Source: Trypanosoma brucei
Lineage: Eukaryota
Reading direction: 5' to 3'
Length of the DNA: 64,000 nt
Assembly: GCA_000002445.1 (NCBI GenBank)
Contig: AE017150.2
Span: 768,001 to 832,000, forward strand
Shown: one piece after another, positions 32,383 through 44,050 of the stretch
How positions within the stretch are numbered: the stretch's first letter is position 1
How the letters are laid out: the number at the start of each line of letters is the position of its first letter
Made by a program: the position numbers and the translations under genes
Notes under the pieces: generated by a model
What the model was told of the DNA's origin: nothing
Database searches by the model: none
The model's input: only the letters and a program-made list of their open reading frames with translations

Positions 32383-33492
32383 ACTGGACGAGTTCGTAGT
32401 GAAGGCACAACCCGACCAGACAAGTTGTTGGATCGTCGACGGAGTCCTTTTGTGATCTTTATTTAAAACTCTTCCTCTCCTCCTCCTCCTCTTATTGCCG
32501 TTTCTGCTAACTCTTCTGCTTTCGTTCGCAGTCACTCGTCCCCTCTCCCCTCCCCTCTACGAACTCCACAAGACAGCTAAGTAGGAAAATACACGTTAAA
32601 CAACAATAACAAAGAAAAAGGACGCACGGTAATATAACAATAATAAAAGTAACAGTCATGCCAGCTACAATATTAACACCGATAACTAATTACAGAGACT
32701 GAAGTAGTGTTACCGTTCGACAGCATTGCCATCAACAATAAACAACATTACTGGACAGGGGAAAGAGATATGCACCAGGAAACTATACCGTTGACGTACA
32801 AGTGCATGCATGTATATATATATACATTTCTATATGTTCAATCGTACTGTGCAAACACATACAAACCCAGAGGCATAAATTGGGGGAAAATAAACGAAAA
32901 ATGACAAAGACGGCACACTCATTTGATGCGTTGACCGTTCAGCCATCAATCAATTGCATAGAGAAATTCTACAAAACGTGCACAAGCGTAATCAGTTAGC
33001 CTCCGAAGGTGGCATGCAGTAAAGGGGGATGTGTCAACAATCTAAAAAAATTAAATTTGAATGCACGTGGTAAGGAACAAGCCACGAAAGTCATTTCACC
33101 AGAACCCGCGATGCAAAACCAGATAGATCAATAGTAAATTGCAGGAAAACATGAAATTGACAGAATTCAACAGCAGAGAAAGAACACAAGTCATGTACTC
33201 CATACATCTGCTTGGCATACAGCAGACACGAAAGTGCATTGCGCAAAACAACGTTGGATGCCACTAGTGATTTTAACTCCTATTCCATCTTACCTTGCCC
33301 CCCATACTCAGCGCCTCTCAGACATAACTTGGTATCACTTTTCGTTTTCGCTTTCTCATTTTTTTTTCTTTTGGTTCCGTATCACACGCACCTAGGCACA
33401 GAGAAGGCTGAGACCTTACCTTCAAGTAATTTGCTCACATCTTCTTGGCTGTGCACCGCATTGTTCCCCCCTCATTAACAGGAAGATATCTT

Positions 33493-36400
33493 TCAAATCT
33501 CCGTTCGCCGCTTGTAGTCGAAGAGCTTATCCGCTAACGCTGCCACCGGATCCTCGGGACGCAACCGCACCACCTCCGCCATGAGTGGAGTCAAACTGGG
33601 AAGTACATAGCGCATCAAATATAACTCCGACGGAAGATCTTCCAAACCAGCTATTTCTGTAAACATCTCCTTTGCTTCAAAGTATCGCAGTACACAGCGC
33701 TCCTCTTCTACAAGCGCCTTCTCTCTAGAGCTGTCGATGCGAAGGAAGGTCTTGAAACCTCGCTTCAGATGGGAAAGCGCGCCAGATTCGCGCTCTAGAC
33801 TTCGATGCAAACTCCTCTCACTTTTCGTTTCCTCCATTATTGATTCAATCACTTCACCGCAAGTGGATAATCCAATGTTGTTGAGGACCCTTTCGCGGAG
33901 AACGTTGCAGTATTCAACAAAACCATCTTCTATTACAACCTGTCCACCCCCTTCTTCGCAATCCGTCTGAACCGCGCTTTCGGGGGTAAACATGGGAGCG
34001 AATACAATAGATGCGGAACGAGGAGGTCTCTCCCCACCGATCGGCTCCTCTCCATCCCAACCACCTCCAGCTGGAGCATCTTCCCCCTCCTCCGGTTTCT
34101 CCACAACTACGGTTTGATACCAGGAAAGAAGCGACTCAGTTGGTGGGGCATCCAAACGATAATTCGTAAGAAAATGCGTCAACTCTTCATGGGGATCCTT
34201 GTGGTCACCACCTTCAGCTATATCCTGCTTCAGCTCAGACACCTCCGCCTCCGCAATATCCCGGCTGGCCTGAATGAAAATGAAGCAGTCCGGGAAAAGA
34301 GCATCATTCGTCGGGGCAAGCGCATCATCTGATTGGAGAAAGGACTTTCCATCCATGGCGTTCAGCATTTCGCGCCGCCGTCCGTCATCCAACTCCTCAA
34401 GGGATGGTAGTGGGAACGCAAAATCACATGGCTTCGGTGGCTGTGCCCGTTCCGCACTGTTTCGGTACAACTTGGGTCGCTGTTGCTCCTTCTGCTCGGG
34501 GGTATAAGCGAGAAACACGAGTCGAGCCTGGCGAACAGTTCGTGGGAAGTTTTCGAGGATGTAACCCTGGTTCTTGCAGTCAGCTTGGCGTAACCTCCAG
34601 CGAACCATTACAGCGAGTGCTTCGTCAAAGTAGCGAATGGTGGGTGGAGGATCTGGGGATGTGTTAACCGCTGTCTTGCTCTTCGACTTTCGCCGACCCC
34701 TGCGATTCACTTCCACTTCCTCTTCCTCTTCCTCTTCTTCTTCTTCCTCATCAGATTTGGGGATTTGAGGGAACTCACCATTCAAGAGACGCAGGTTCAG
34801 CAACTTCGTGCAAAAGCGGTACTCCTCCCTCAGGGTAGCAATCTCAAATCGCTCCTGCTCATCCACTTGTTGTGCCAGTTGCCGCGCCTTCGTATCTGCG
34901 TTTGAGTCAGTTTCACTTTCCTCCTCGTCTTCCTCCTCCTCATCCTGCCCGTTCAGTAGCTGATGCTCTGGAATTATGTTTTCATCACCGTCGAGCTTAG
35001 GGGAAGGAGAAACAAGTCCTCCACCAGGTATACCTTGACCCTCTTCCCCTTCTTCATCGTCCAACTGTGTCGCTGCACCCTCCTCACTCTCTTCCTCTTC
35101 AAAATCTTCTTCCTCTTCCTCCTCATTTTCTTCTTCTTCCTCTTCTTCTTCGCCTTCCTCGTCATCATCATCATCCTCACCATTACCTCCCCTAGCGGCT
35201 TCCCTTTTGGCTCGGAGTCTCTCCTTCCGCTCCAGTAGCCGCCGCTGACGTTCGCGGCGGATCCGTTCCTCACGTGCAGCCTGTCTACGTGCCCGGCGCC
35301 GCAATAATATGGTCACCATTTGCTCCCTTACCTTCGCCACATGGGCCTCGAATGCAATTATTATGTCCTCGATTGTAAGATGAACAACATCAAATAAATT
35401 CGCCAATATGCGGGAAATCTCTGGTACCCTACCAAATGGGGGACCGGCGATAACAAGACGCATGGGGCAAAGTAAGCGTTCCGATTTGAACTCCTGCACA
35501 ACCTTGTCCACGTTGGCGACAAAACCACCGAGTGAAACCCAATCACTTTCCCCAAGCAGTTGTAAAGCAGCCCCAGACTCACAACGAACATTCAGGGCGC
35601 TGAACCAGTTGCCCAAGCCATGCGGCTCGTCAATGTACAGCCGTATGTCTGCCATCGCTATTTCCGGCGCCGCTACTTTGTTATCATATTCTTCGACGTT
35701 TCCCTTCACGAGGAGACCAATCTTATCCTTTTCCCTCACCTGCTGATCTAGAGACCGCAACCTATTGTATTCGGTAACTAAATCCCTCTCGAACTCCTTT
35801 TGTGAGAGCTCCATCTTTAAATATATCATTTTTAGTTCTATACCCTCCACAGCGCATTCGTGAGAGTTCAGTTCCTCTTTTTCCCGGTTGATCTTCTCCT
35901 CACCATCCGTGCAGCGCTTCGCATTCATAATGGACTTATACATTGAACGCTGTTTCGCAGCCTCTTCCAGTTCCCTTTTTCTCTTCAGGGAGATCGCCTT
36001 CTCTCGTGCAAGAGTGTCTAACTCCTCCATGTAGTTTTTGATACTTTCGTTAATCGACTCCTCTCTTCGTTTGAGTTCCTCCGACGTTTTTCGCTCCTCA
36101 ATCTCGTCAAGCACCTGCTTGTCGCGGTCGATGACGGGCTCTGTCACCTCAATTTCACCCCCAATGTAGGCCCGTATACCGTCAAGAATCTCCTTTTGGG
36201 TGTTATTTCCCTGATCGACGACAAACATGTAACGATCTTCCAGCGTGTCATAGGAAGAGCCAACGAGAAAAATGATACGTGAAAGATCCTTTACATGGAC
36301 GGTGGGAACGTAATTAGACCCGTCGCCATATTGAGTAATCGGCTGATGCCGCCACGCCGATAAGAAATGATCACGAAGCAAATCCTCACCGGCGCCATAG

Positions 36401-37257
36401 GGAAGTCCAGCCCAAAGCACATATGTGTGGAGGGTTTCAGAGTTTGCTTGCTTTACGGCGTGCTCCAGCGCCCGCCATCCGTGGTAGCGTGTGTCAGGGT
36501 ACCGGCGGCGATACTCCTCATCGCTCCAAACTTTCACTTCTAACTGCTCTTCCTCCTCTTCTTCTTCCTCCTCTTCCTCAGTCTCATCACCGTCTTCAGT
36601 GGACTGCTCCCTGTTGGCACGCTCCTGCTCCCGCTGGAGGCGCGCAGCTTCACGCGCGGCACGGCGCTCTGCTCTCCTATTTTCCAACTCGCGCATATCT
36701 GTTTGTGCCCATGTGAAAACATTCGAAACGAGTACGAATGTCTTTTCTACATTGTAATGTGTGCCTTTTAATATTTTAATCGCGCACTCCGCTTCAAAAG
36801 CATTTTCCTCGAGAACGGCAATGATTATGTCGTAGGTCAGCAACTGTGAGCGGAACTCCTCATCATTGATCTCACCGTGTCGCGGCACTACGGCGTTCAG
36901 GTACGGCCTCATATCATTAACATAGTGATGCACTGACTCTTTACCAGCAGCGCTGTCTGCGCCAGATGCGACGGTGGCATCGGGTGGGCACCCATTGAGT
37001 AGCCTAACGGTTGGGACCACTTCATTAATGCCGGTCGAGTTTGTTTCCTGAAATTGTACCTCGGTAGTGCCGCATAACCCAGAGCTCTGGCTCCGTGTTG
37101 CTCCCAGCTCCTCCATCTTGGGCGGCGTTGGTGCTTCTGTTGTGGATTGATGATGGTAAAACGTACCGTCGACAAGGTACTCCTTCGCATCATAAAATTG
37201 ACGGCACACATGCCTTCCAACAAAAGAGTCTACATTGAGCACGAGAACACGCTTCAT
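33493..37257 (-). CDS. Adenylate kinase 7 (AK7)-like protein: N-terminal NAD(P)-binding-like region, acidic low-complexity tracts, AK-fold domain with a degenerate P-loop
   Basis: AK signature NQGYILENFPRTVRQARLVF resembles G-F-[IL]-[IL]-D-G-F-P-R-T-x-x-Q-A. Upstream LLCPMRLVIAGPPFGRVPEISRILANLFDVVHL resembles the AK P-loop, but GPPFGRVPE lacks the G-K-[ST] lysine. N-terminal MKRVLVLNVDSFVGRHV resembles the Rossmann-like start of AK7. Poly-E/D tracts present. The track start is a GTG; the first ATG is at 37257. Confidence 0.55.
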   Translation of the reverse strand: MKRVLVLNVDSFVGRHVCRQFYDAKEYLVDGTFYHHQSTTEAPTPPKMEELGATRSQSSGLCGTTEVQFQETNSTGINEVVPTVRLLNGCPPDATVASGADSAAGKESVHHYVNDMRPYLNAVVPRHGEINDEEFRSQLLTYDIIIAVLEENAFEAECAIKILKGTHYNVEKTFVLVSNVFTWAQTDMRELENRRAERRAAREAARLQREQERANREQSTEDGDETEEEEEEEEEEEQLEVKVWSDEEYRRRYPDTRYHGWRALEHAVKQANSETLHTYVLWAGLPYGAGEDLLRDHFLSAWRHQPITQYGDGSNYVPTVHVKDLSRIIFLVGSSYDTLEDRYMFVVDQGNNTQKEILDGIRAYIGGEIEVTEPVIDRDKQVLDEIEERKTSEELKRREESINESIKNYMEELDTLAREKAISLKRKRELEEAAKQRSMYKSIMNAKRCTDGEEKINREKEELNSHECAVEGIELKMIYLKMELSQKEFERDLVTEYNRLRSLDQQVREKDKIGLLVKGNVEEYDNKVAAPEIAMADIRLYIDEPHGLGNWFSALNVRCESGAALQLLGESDWVSLGGFVANVDKVVQEFKSERLLCPMRLVIAGPPFGRVPEISRILANLFDVVHLTIEDIIIAFEAHVAKVREQMVTILLRRRARRQAAREERIRRERQRRLLERKERLRAKREAARGGNGEDDDDDEEGEEEEEEEENEEEEEEDFEEEESEEGAATQLDDEEGEEGQGIPGGGLVSPSPKLDGDENIIPEHQLLNGQDEEEEDEEESETDSNADTKARQLAQQVDEQERFEIATLREEYRFCTKLLNLRLLNGEFPQIPKSDEEEEEEEEEEEVEVNRRGRRKSKSKTAVNTSPDPPPTIRYFDEALAVMVRWRLRQADCKNQGYILENFPRTVRQARLVFLAYTPEQKEQQRPKLYRNSAERAQPPKPCDFAFPLPSLEELDDGRRREMLNAMDGKSFLQSDDALAPTNDALFPDCFIFIQASRDIAEAEVSELKQDIAEGGDHKDPHEELTHFLTNYRLDAPPTESLLSWYQTVVVEKPEEGEDAPAGGGWDGEEPIGGERPPRSASIVFAPMFTPESAVQTDCEEGGGQVVIEDGFVEYCNVLRERVLNNIGLSTCGEVIESIMEETKSERSLHRSLERESGALSHLKRGFKTFLRIDSSREKALVEEERCVLRYFEAKEMFTEIAGLEDLPSELYLMRYVLPSLTPLMAEVVRLRPEDPVAALADKLFDYKRRTEI

Positions 37258-38088
37258 TATTTCTTCTCTTGTTTTCACACGGAAGCAAGTAAGTAAGTGT
37301 CAAGGAAGTAATAATGATTGTTATGAAAAGGAAAAGGGAAAGGGAAAGGAATGAAAGGGGAAAGAATTCGTATATCAATTCAACTAGGTAATCGATGCAC
37401 AAGAAGGAGCGACGCCATACGCCCCCTATTGTAAATAATAATTCATTTGTTATTTTGACCTTCCACTAACCAATATCTATTTTCCTTTCTTTTCACACCT
37501 CTCAAAGCAAAACCAAACGCAGTTGATAAGCAGAAAATTGTAGACGGGGTACATATATATATGTATATTTATATATAACGGGTAAAAGGTAACGAACAGA
37601 TTAATAAAAAAATTACCAGAGAGCGAAAGAGAGGAAACTCGTCAAAACCACAACACGAGAAGCGGCAAACAAGACGAAGAAAAAAGTGAAAAGCCGTGAT
37701 AGATAAAGGCTCATTCAGCGCGCACAAAAAAGTAAAAGTCCTTGAAGCAAGCGACAGAGCAAAACGCGTCCACCGATAAGTGAATGGAACCAAGTGATGA
37801 AAGGCAGACGTTCAACTCTGCTGCACCTCAAAAAACTTCATGTGCTTCCTCATCAAAAAGAAAAACTCTTCCCCCAGATTCCCCTGGTTAATCACAAATT
37901 GACAAACAACCAGCAGCACACGGACTCACTCTCTCCAAGTCACACACACACACACATACATACAAAAAAAAAACATCACAGCTCCCTTTTCAACAGCCCT
38001 TTATCCCAACAGTTTCATTAGGAGCACATCACCTTCAAAAAACAACCGGAACTAAAGGCGTCTCTTCTCATAAGCCAGCAACCGAAAC

Positions 38089-38802
38089 CTAGGAATGACC
38101 ACCCGACACATTGTCACCTGTTGCAAAGGCACGTGGCGCGCTTGGTGCCGCAGTGTCATCCGGAAGCGCCGGACCGCCTTGCCGCCGTCTACGCGCAGCG
38201 CTCTCCTCTTGCGCTTCAACGGCAGTTTCTAAAAGTTGCTTGCGGCGACGCCGCGCCTCTCCAGCAGCCGCCATTGACGTGTCGACGCTTCCTGCACCCT
38301 CACGGCCATCCGGACTGGCACACAAACCAGAACCACCTTCAGTGGCCTGCGCGGCATCTAACATGTCTGACGTGAGCTGCACAAGCAACATATCAGGGTT
38401 CCACGGTACGTCCTCGTCGTCGAGTTGTTGTGAGAGACACGCAGTGAGTGCGGACATGTCGTAGTCCTCATGAACCGCCTGAAGAAAATCGTTCCATATG
38501 TTTGATATGTCAAGGGCCGCCAATTTGGGCAAAGTTGCTGCATAACCGATGGGAGCCTCGGCGACCAGCTCAACGAGGCGTTTGACTTCCTCCTTTTGCC
38601 TGCTCTCAGCCTGGTGACGATTTTCCTCATCAACACCGTCGTCGAGGCTGCGAAGGTTGCTTTTGGCAACGACCTCATCTTTTGGCCTTGGCCGGTGGTG
38701 CTTTGTGCCAGTCGCGAAACCCATCAGCGATTTGAGGGACGTCTCCGATTCCCCCGCCTTCTTCATCATGTTGGCACGCCGACCAAACTTCGGAGATTGC
38801 AT
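38089..38802 (-). CDS. Hypothetical protein (237 aa), charged, Ala/Arg-rich C-terminus
   Basis: Minus-strand ORF, ATG at 38802, no domain recognised. Confidence 0.45.
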   Translation of the reverse strand: MQSPKFGRRANMMKKAGESETSLKSLMGFATGTKHHRPRPKDEVVAKSNLRSLDDGVDEENRHQAESRQKEEVKRLVELVAEAPIGYAATLPKLAALDISNIWNDFLQAVHEDYDMSALTACLSQQLDDEDVPWNPDMLLVQLTSDMLDAAQATEGGSGLCASPDGREGAGSVDTSMAAAGEARRRRKQLLETAVEAQEESAARRRRQGGPALPDDTAAPSAPRAFATGDNVSGGHS

Positions 38803-39577
38803 CTTCGAGATTGTGTTTTTTTCTTGTAATTCCCCTTCACACCTCCTCTCTATGTTTATGAAAATTCCAATTTGTCAACAAAAAAGGAAGCGGAACCATT
38901 AAGCAGCACAGCAAGCACCAGCACACAGTAACTATTAGTGTGACAGCAGCGGGACAACAACATATGAGTAACAATTTCGCAACAGACAGCGAATGCAGGC
39001 TCGCAAATAATTGACACGTCGGGCGCCACGACCATTATTCTGCACTTCCCCTCATGCACTCAAGCACATGGTTAGTGGGATATAAGAGCCAAAACACGAA
39101 ATAAAAAAACGGAAAAACGTCTACCTTCAACAACATCCCTCCTCAGCACGCAGCTTAACAATCACAAAGGGGAAGGGAGGAAAGAGAGAGAGAAAGAAAG
39201 AAAGAGATGAACCTGAACAACGTCGCACGAATAAAGAGAAGCCTATGTCTAACTTAATCTTCCCACTTCACCCCTCCCATTAACACCATTTTCTTGCTTG
39301 TGCCCCACCCGTTTTTCAGTTTCTTTATTTGATCTTTAAACATCAATCGGTGTGCGCCACGACTTGCCTGTCACACAACTGTGTGCACGCCACTGTGAAA
39401 GAGAAACCACGGTGGCGGTGCAGCGCCATCCAACAACAACAAAGAAATATTCAACAAGTCATGCAAAAACATCCCCGAACAATCCTCGGTATGAAAAATA
39501 AGACAAAACAAACGTAGGGGCAGATACAGAGATAAATAAAGAAAGGACAGGGGATGGGGATGGTAAAAGGATCCCAC

Positions 39578-39907
39578 TCAATCGCGTTTCCGCTTGGCTC
39601 CAGCTAACTTCTCCCGAGTTGCGCTCTCAAAGTTTGCTGGTTGTGCCTTATCTTCGCTGACGTTATCCTTCAGAACGGAGACAGCCACAACATATTCACC
39701 ACGTAGTAAAATCATGCCTAATTTACGTTGTGGGCTGATACCTGCATCTTTCATCTTTTTTGTCTCTTTACGAGTCTCCACCGTGTCAGCCAACACAACA
39801 TTCATGAACTTATCAAAGAGGAGCATCTTCCCCGTCATCTCTCTGCCGTCCACAAGTGTTACCCGCAGCGTGCGGTTGATGTTGTGAAGCATATTTTGGT
39901 GGCCCAT
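39578..39907 (-). CDS. SMB: Small nuclear ribonucleoprotein SmB (Sm fold with C-terminal extension)
   Basis: LRVTLVDGREMTGKMLLFDKFMNVVLADTVE (Sm1) and KLGMILLRGEYVVAVSV (Sm2) align with human SmB ([31 protein letters not shown] ... VLGLVLLRGENLVSMTV). ATG at 39907. Confidence 0.85.
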   Translation of the reverse strand: MGHQNMLHNINRTLRVTLVDGREMTGKMLLFDKFMNVVLADTVETRKETKKMKDAGISPQRKLGMILLRGEYVVAVSVLKDNVSEDKAQPANFESATREKLAGAKRKRD

Positions 39908-40635
39908 CGCTAGTGAAAGCGCCTTTCTCCCTTTTTTAGTACTTAGTTATCTGTGTCAATCCCAATTGTTAACAACTTTAGTCCCCAGTTGTGTATATTC
40001 CTCCGCTAACGAAGCTGGAAGATATGGCAAGATCCTTGAAGGAACAGGAAAGAAGAAACTTGAAGTTCTTTCGTTTTCTGCTGTAGGGTGTGAGCGGCGG
40101 GGGGGTCTGCCTTCCTTTTTTTTTCCTTGTTTTACTTTACTTTCTCTAAACCAAATGAATAGAGTGAGTACGGCATTTGCAAAACCAATAGAAGAGAAAA
40201 AATAAAGGGAAAGAAAAGAAAAAAGAAGCAATAATCGAAGCAAATTAAAATAATTTTCATTAGTTGAGTGGGTACAGTTGTGAACGACGATTTCGGAGGA
40301 AATCAAAGATTAGAGATGTTGAATGGGGACTCCTCTCTTTTTTTCTTTTTGTTTCGCTCCTTTTTCCACCTCTCTCCGGGTAATCCTTATCGGGTCACCA
40401 CTATTAGTGTTCAGTTTGCACTTTAAAAAAAAATGTTCCCTCAGTTTCTTTTCTTAACTTTAACTCGGTTACTTCGTTCACCTTTCCCTTAAAGCAGTGC
40501 TAATACATCACACAACTGCACACTCCCTTAAAAGGTTTAAACGTACGGGACAAAAAGCGTTTGTTCAACTCAGAGGTTGGTACATTATATCATACCCCTC
40601 CAACTATTAACAAAACGAGCCACTACACAACGACA

Positions 40636-43353
40636 TCACTTACGCCTCTTCGCACGTTGTTTGTCGCGCCGCAACTCGCCCATCTTCTTGCGATCGAGTG
40701 GACCGTTTTTACGTCGACCTCCATTACCCTTTACCGCCTGCGATCGCATGAGCTTTCGTACGCTGAGGTTATTGGCCTTTTCACGCGTACGCGGATCCAC
40801 CTTTCCGCGCTCAATAAGACCACGAAGCATTCGCTGCGCACGGCGCCGCTTACGTTGAACGGCCTCCATCACCTTTTTACCCGGACGCGCGTTCATTTCG
40901 CGGAAGCGAGCACGCTGTGCCTCAACCTCCTCCGCCGTGACAGGTAGTACAACGCGGCAGTTGCGCTGCTCATCTTTCAAAAACCAATCTGGAAGATCTT
41001 CATCATCGTTGAAGGTGTAGCGGTTGATAGATGCATCAAGAATTTCACGACGGCCACGCGGGTCAAGCATCTTTGTGGCGATAGCAAGAGTGCGGGCACG
41101 TACCTCCGGGTCTGTAAGAGCGACGGGAACCTCCTCAAACTCGGTGTCTTTGCTGTTGCCACTGTTGCCCCTCTGACGGCGCTTCTCAGCATTCTCCTTT
41201 AGTGTCTGTTTTCGCTGCTGCCGTACGAGCTCTTGCGTGGTTAGCTTGCCAATGTCTGGTACAATGGCACGCTTGCGACGTGAATCTACACGACCAACAT
41301 TCACCTCAAGATCGCTCCGGTCGTCACTAAAGCGACCATCAGAGAGGTCAGAAACACTGTTCATGTCATCATCGTCATCATCCACACGGGCATCAAAGCG
41401 CATCTTCTTTCTGGTGGATGTGCTACTACCGGCGGTATCATCCCGAAGGGGGCCTGGCGCGCTCATTTCCACTCGGTCCTCCTCAAGACGTTTACTTTTC
41501 TTGCGTCTGTTGCCACTATCACTTCGTGGCATGGGAAATGTATCCCGGAGAACCTTCTCGATGTTGACGTGGTGACGCAACCACTTACTCTGCTTACCTG
41601 CAGCATCAAGAGTAGTTTGGTGCCTTTCCCTCTTGTGACGTGTGGCATCATCTTCACCTTCGTCTTCCCCTTCACTTTCATCTTCCTCAGCACCAGGCTT
41701 GCTAAGGCCCTCTTCGTACAATGCAACGCGGGCCGAACGTTTAGCGGGGATGTAGTTGCCGTAGTTGTCAACATCCACACCATCTTCCTCACCCTCAACA
41801 AGCTGTATGGAGCGGACGAGTCGGCCACTGCCGTCATACTGCTCATCGTCGCCACCTTCCTTCTCATCGCTTCCCACGTCCCAGTCCTTCTCCAAGTTAA
41901 GATTGGCGTTCATAACAGGATTGAGTGGATCATTAAGTCGCTCATCCGGCTCTTCCCAGTGCTTGTCGAGTATGTTAGCAACGTCTGCCTCATCGACGGC
42001 AGCCAGCTTTCCAACAGTGAATCCCTCATCGTCTTCGCCATCCTCGCTAGAGTCTTCTTCACCAACATCACTTCCCTCAACTCCATCTGCATCGTGCGTA
42101 AAACCATCCGCATCTGTCATGTGCTCTGCGCTGGTATTTGGATCATAGTTGATGAGACCTTTGATCTGTTTGAGTTTTCTGTCAACAATCTTTTTCTGCT
42201 TCTTCTTCATTTCCTTGGACTGCTTCTTGCGTAACTCAAGAAGCTCCCTCGCTATCTTTGCAACGCCCTCCGCACTGTCAAAATCAAATTTATCGTCGTC
42301 CTTCTCTTCTTCTTCGTCTTCCTCCGCGATGTCCCCGGCGTTCGCATCACTCGCGGCGCGTTGCTTAAGTTCCCGGGCCTGCTCCCGCAGCAGTTGTTCA
42401 CGCCAGCGTACAAGTCGTCGCAAATCCGCATCCCCAACCTGCTGTAAGTCCCCACAGAGGTACACCAACTCCTTTTTGGAGTGTTTAGACTTTAAAAAGG
42501 CCTTCTCCTCCGGGGTGGTAAAACGCAGCTCGTGGTGGGAACGAAGGAATGCCTTTGGATCACTGCTACTCATAAACTCTGAAAAGGACGCCACGTGTTG
42601 TTGCACCGTAGCAAACTCCTCGTACCCTGCAGGCACATTAGACCTGGGCACCACAAGAGCCCCGGATGGGGTGAGTATTTTTTCCTCCTCCACATCAGAA
42701 AATACCTTCTGCGGATTAAACATCGCAGGGTCCAATTGCTTGGGGGCCTTGTAACCCGCACAAGTCACGAAAATCTCAGCAGACTCCATACGTGAGGCCA
42801 GTGGCTTTGTGGCCTCCACCTTATCAAACAACTGTTTCATCACCCACATGAGCTTATGGAAATCTTGTGACCGAAACACCTTTGTGACGAACCAACCACC
42901 TGGCCGTAACAGTTTGCTAGCCAACTTCGCGGCGTGTAGAACAAGCGAGTTCTGTTCAAACAGATCTCGCGACCACACACCACCAACATTGGGGGCACCA
43001 TCGTGAATAACGCAGTCCACTGGCTCACGTTTGAGATAAGTCATTATAATTTTCTTCGTTTTTTCCTCAGTAATATCGCCCACAAATGTCTTCACGCCTC
43101 GAATGGGTGCAATGGGTACTAAATCCACACCGACTATCTTTGAACCAACGGGCATATGTTTTGCTGCTACTTGGCACCAGCTACCCGGAGCCGCGCAGAG
43201 ATCAACGAGTACGCGACATTTTGAAAGGAAATCATACTTGCGGTTCAGTTGCACAAGTTTGAAGGCGGAACGCGCACGGAAACCCTGATCCTTGGCGAGG
43301 CGGTAATACGCGTCAAGGCGGGTCTTAGCCTTCTTTTTAGATTTGGTACCCAT
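40636..43353 (-). CDS. SPB1: AdoMet-dependent rRNA 2'-O-methyltransferase Spb1 (FtsJ/RrmJ domain plus Spb1 C-terminal domain)
   Basis: N-terminus MGTKSKKKAKTRLDAYYRLAKDQGFRARSAFKLVQLNRKYDFL...LVDLCAAPGSWCQVA...HDGAPNVGG...FVTKVFRS...KVEATKPLASR is near-identical in pattern to yeast Spb1/FtsJ3. Long acidic/K-rich C-terminus. ATG at 43353. Confidence 0.95.
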   Translation of the reverse strand: MGTKSKKKAKTRLDAYYRLAKDQGFRARSAFKLVQLNRKYDFLSKCRVLVDLCAAPGSWCQVAAKHMPVGSKIVGVDLVPIAPIRGVKTFVGDITEEKTKKIIMTYLKREPVDCVIHDGAPNVGGVWSRDLFEQNSLVLHAAKLASKLLRPGGWFVTKVFRSQDFHKLMWVMKQLFDKVEATKPLASRMESAEIFVTCAGYKAPKQLDPAMFNPQKVFSDVEEEKILTPSGALVVPRSNVPAGYEEFATVQQHVASFSEFMSSSDPKAFLRSHHELRFTTPEEKAFLKSKHSKKELVYLCGDLQQVGDADLRRLVRWREQLLREQARELKQRAASDANAGDIAEEDEEEEKDDDKFDFDSAEGVAKIARELLELRKKQSKEMKKKQKKIVDRKLKQIKGLINYDPNTSAEHMTDADGFTHDADGVEGSDVGEEDSSEDGEDDEGFTVGKLAAVDEADVANILDKHWEEPDERLNDPLNPVMNANLNLEKDWDVGSDEKEGGDDEQYDGSGRLVRSIQLVEGEEDGVDVDNYGNYIPAKRSARVALYEEGLSKPGAEEDESEGEDEGEDDATRHKRERHQTTLDAAGKQSKWLRHHVNIEKVLRDTFPMPRSDSGNRRKKSKRLEEDRVEMSAPGPLRDDTAGSSTSTRKKMRFDARVDDDDDDMNSVSDLSDGRFSDDRSDLEVNVGRVDSRRKRAIVPDIGKLTTQELVRQQRKQTLKENAEKRRQRGNSGNSKDTEFEEVPVALTDPEVRARTLAIATKMLDPRGRREILDASINRYTFNDDEDLPDWFLKDEQRNCRVVLPVTAEEVEAQRARFREMNARPGKKVMEAVQRKRRRAQRMLRGLIERGKVDPRTREKANNLSVRKLMRSQAVKGNGGRRKNGPLDRKKMGELRRDKQRAKRRK

Positions 43354-44050
43354 GTCTTAATTTATTTCTCGTTACCGCTGGCTCCCTTTCTCTCCTCTAA
43401 CCTAAATACAGCAGGTGGCCCAACCTCCCTCTTCGTTTGGGTGATTTTACACCTCGCTATCTCTGCTGCAAAAATAATTTTATGAAGTATGCAGCAACCG
43501 CAATATGCTCTCAAATGAGGAAATGAAGAACAACAGATTCAGAGGAAATTAGGTGCAACATGGAAAAAAAAACAGAATAGCAAAAACATTGATGTTTCTC
43601 GAACAAAAAACATCAACAAGAATGAGGCTTCGCAATAGGAAATACAAAAAGAAATGTACAACGAGTAACGTGCATATACGTAAATATATACGCTGGGGAT
43701 GAATCGTTGCGTCATCAAGAGAGTGGCAACCATTTTAAGCATTATTATGGCGTCGACGTCTCACCGTTACGCAACAAATAGAATATATATATGAAACAGA
43801 ACGTATCATAAGAAGATGTCCCTCGAGTGTCTCTTACGCGGCACCAGACACTGACATAGTGATGGGAGGATGGGGAAGTAACAATGTATCGCGAAGGACC
43901 AACCAAATCCATCACGTCAGTGAATTCGTAATGAATAACCCCGCACTATCGACGTTAAAAACAAAAAAATCTTCACTACAAGCGCATACATGCGGCAAGC
44001 GACAGAGGAACCGACGGTCATGATCCGCACGAACTGAAGGTGACTATTAA

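Noticed and set aside
39578-43353. Possible functional RNA-processing cluster (CRK9-like kinase, SmB, Spb1 adjacent)
   Set aside because: Kinetoplastid polycistronic units are not operons, and adjacent genes are not generally co-functional, so I treat this as coincidence.
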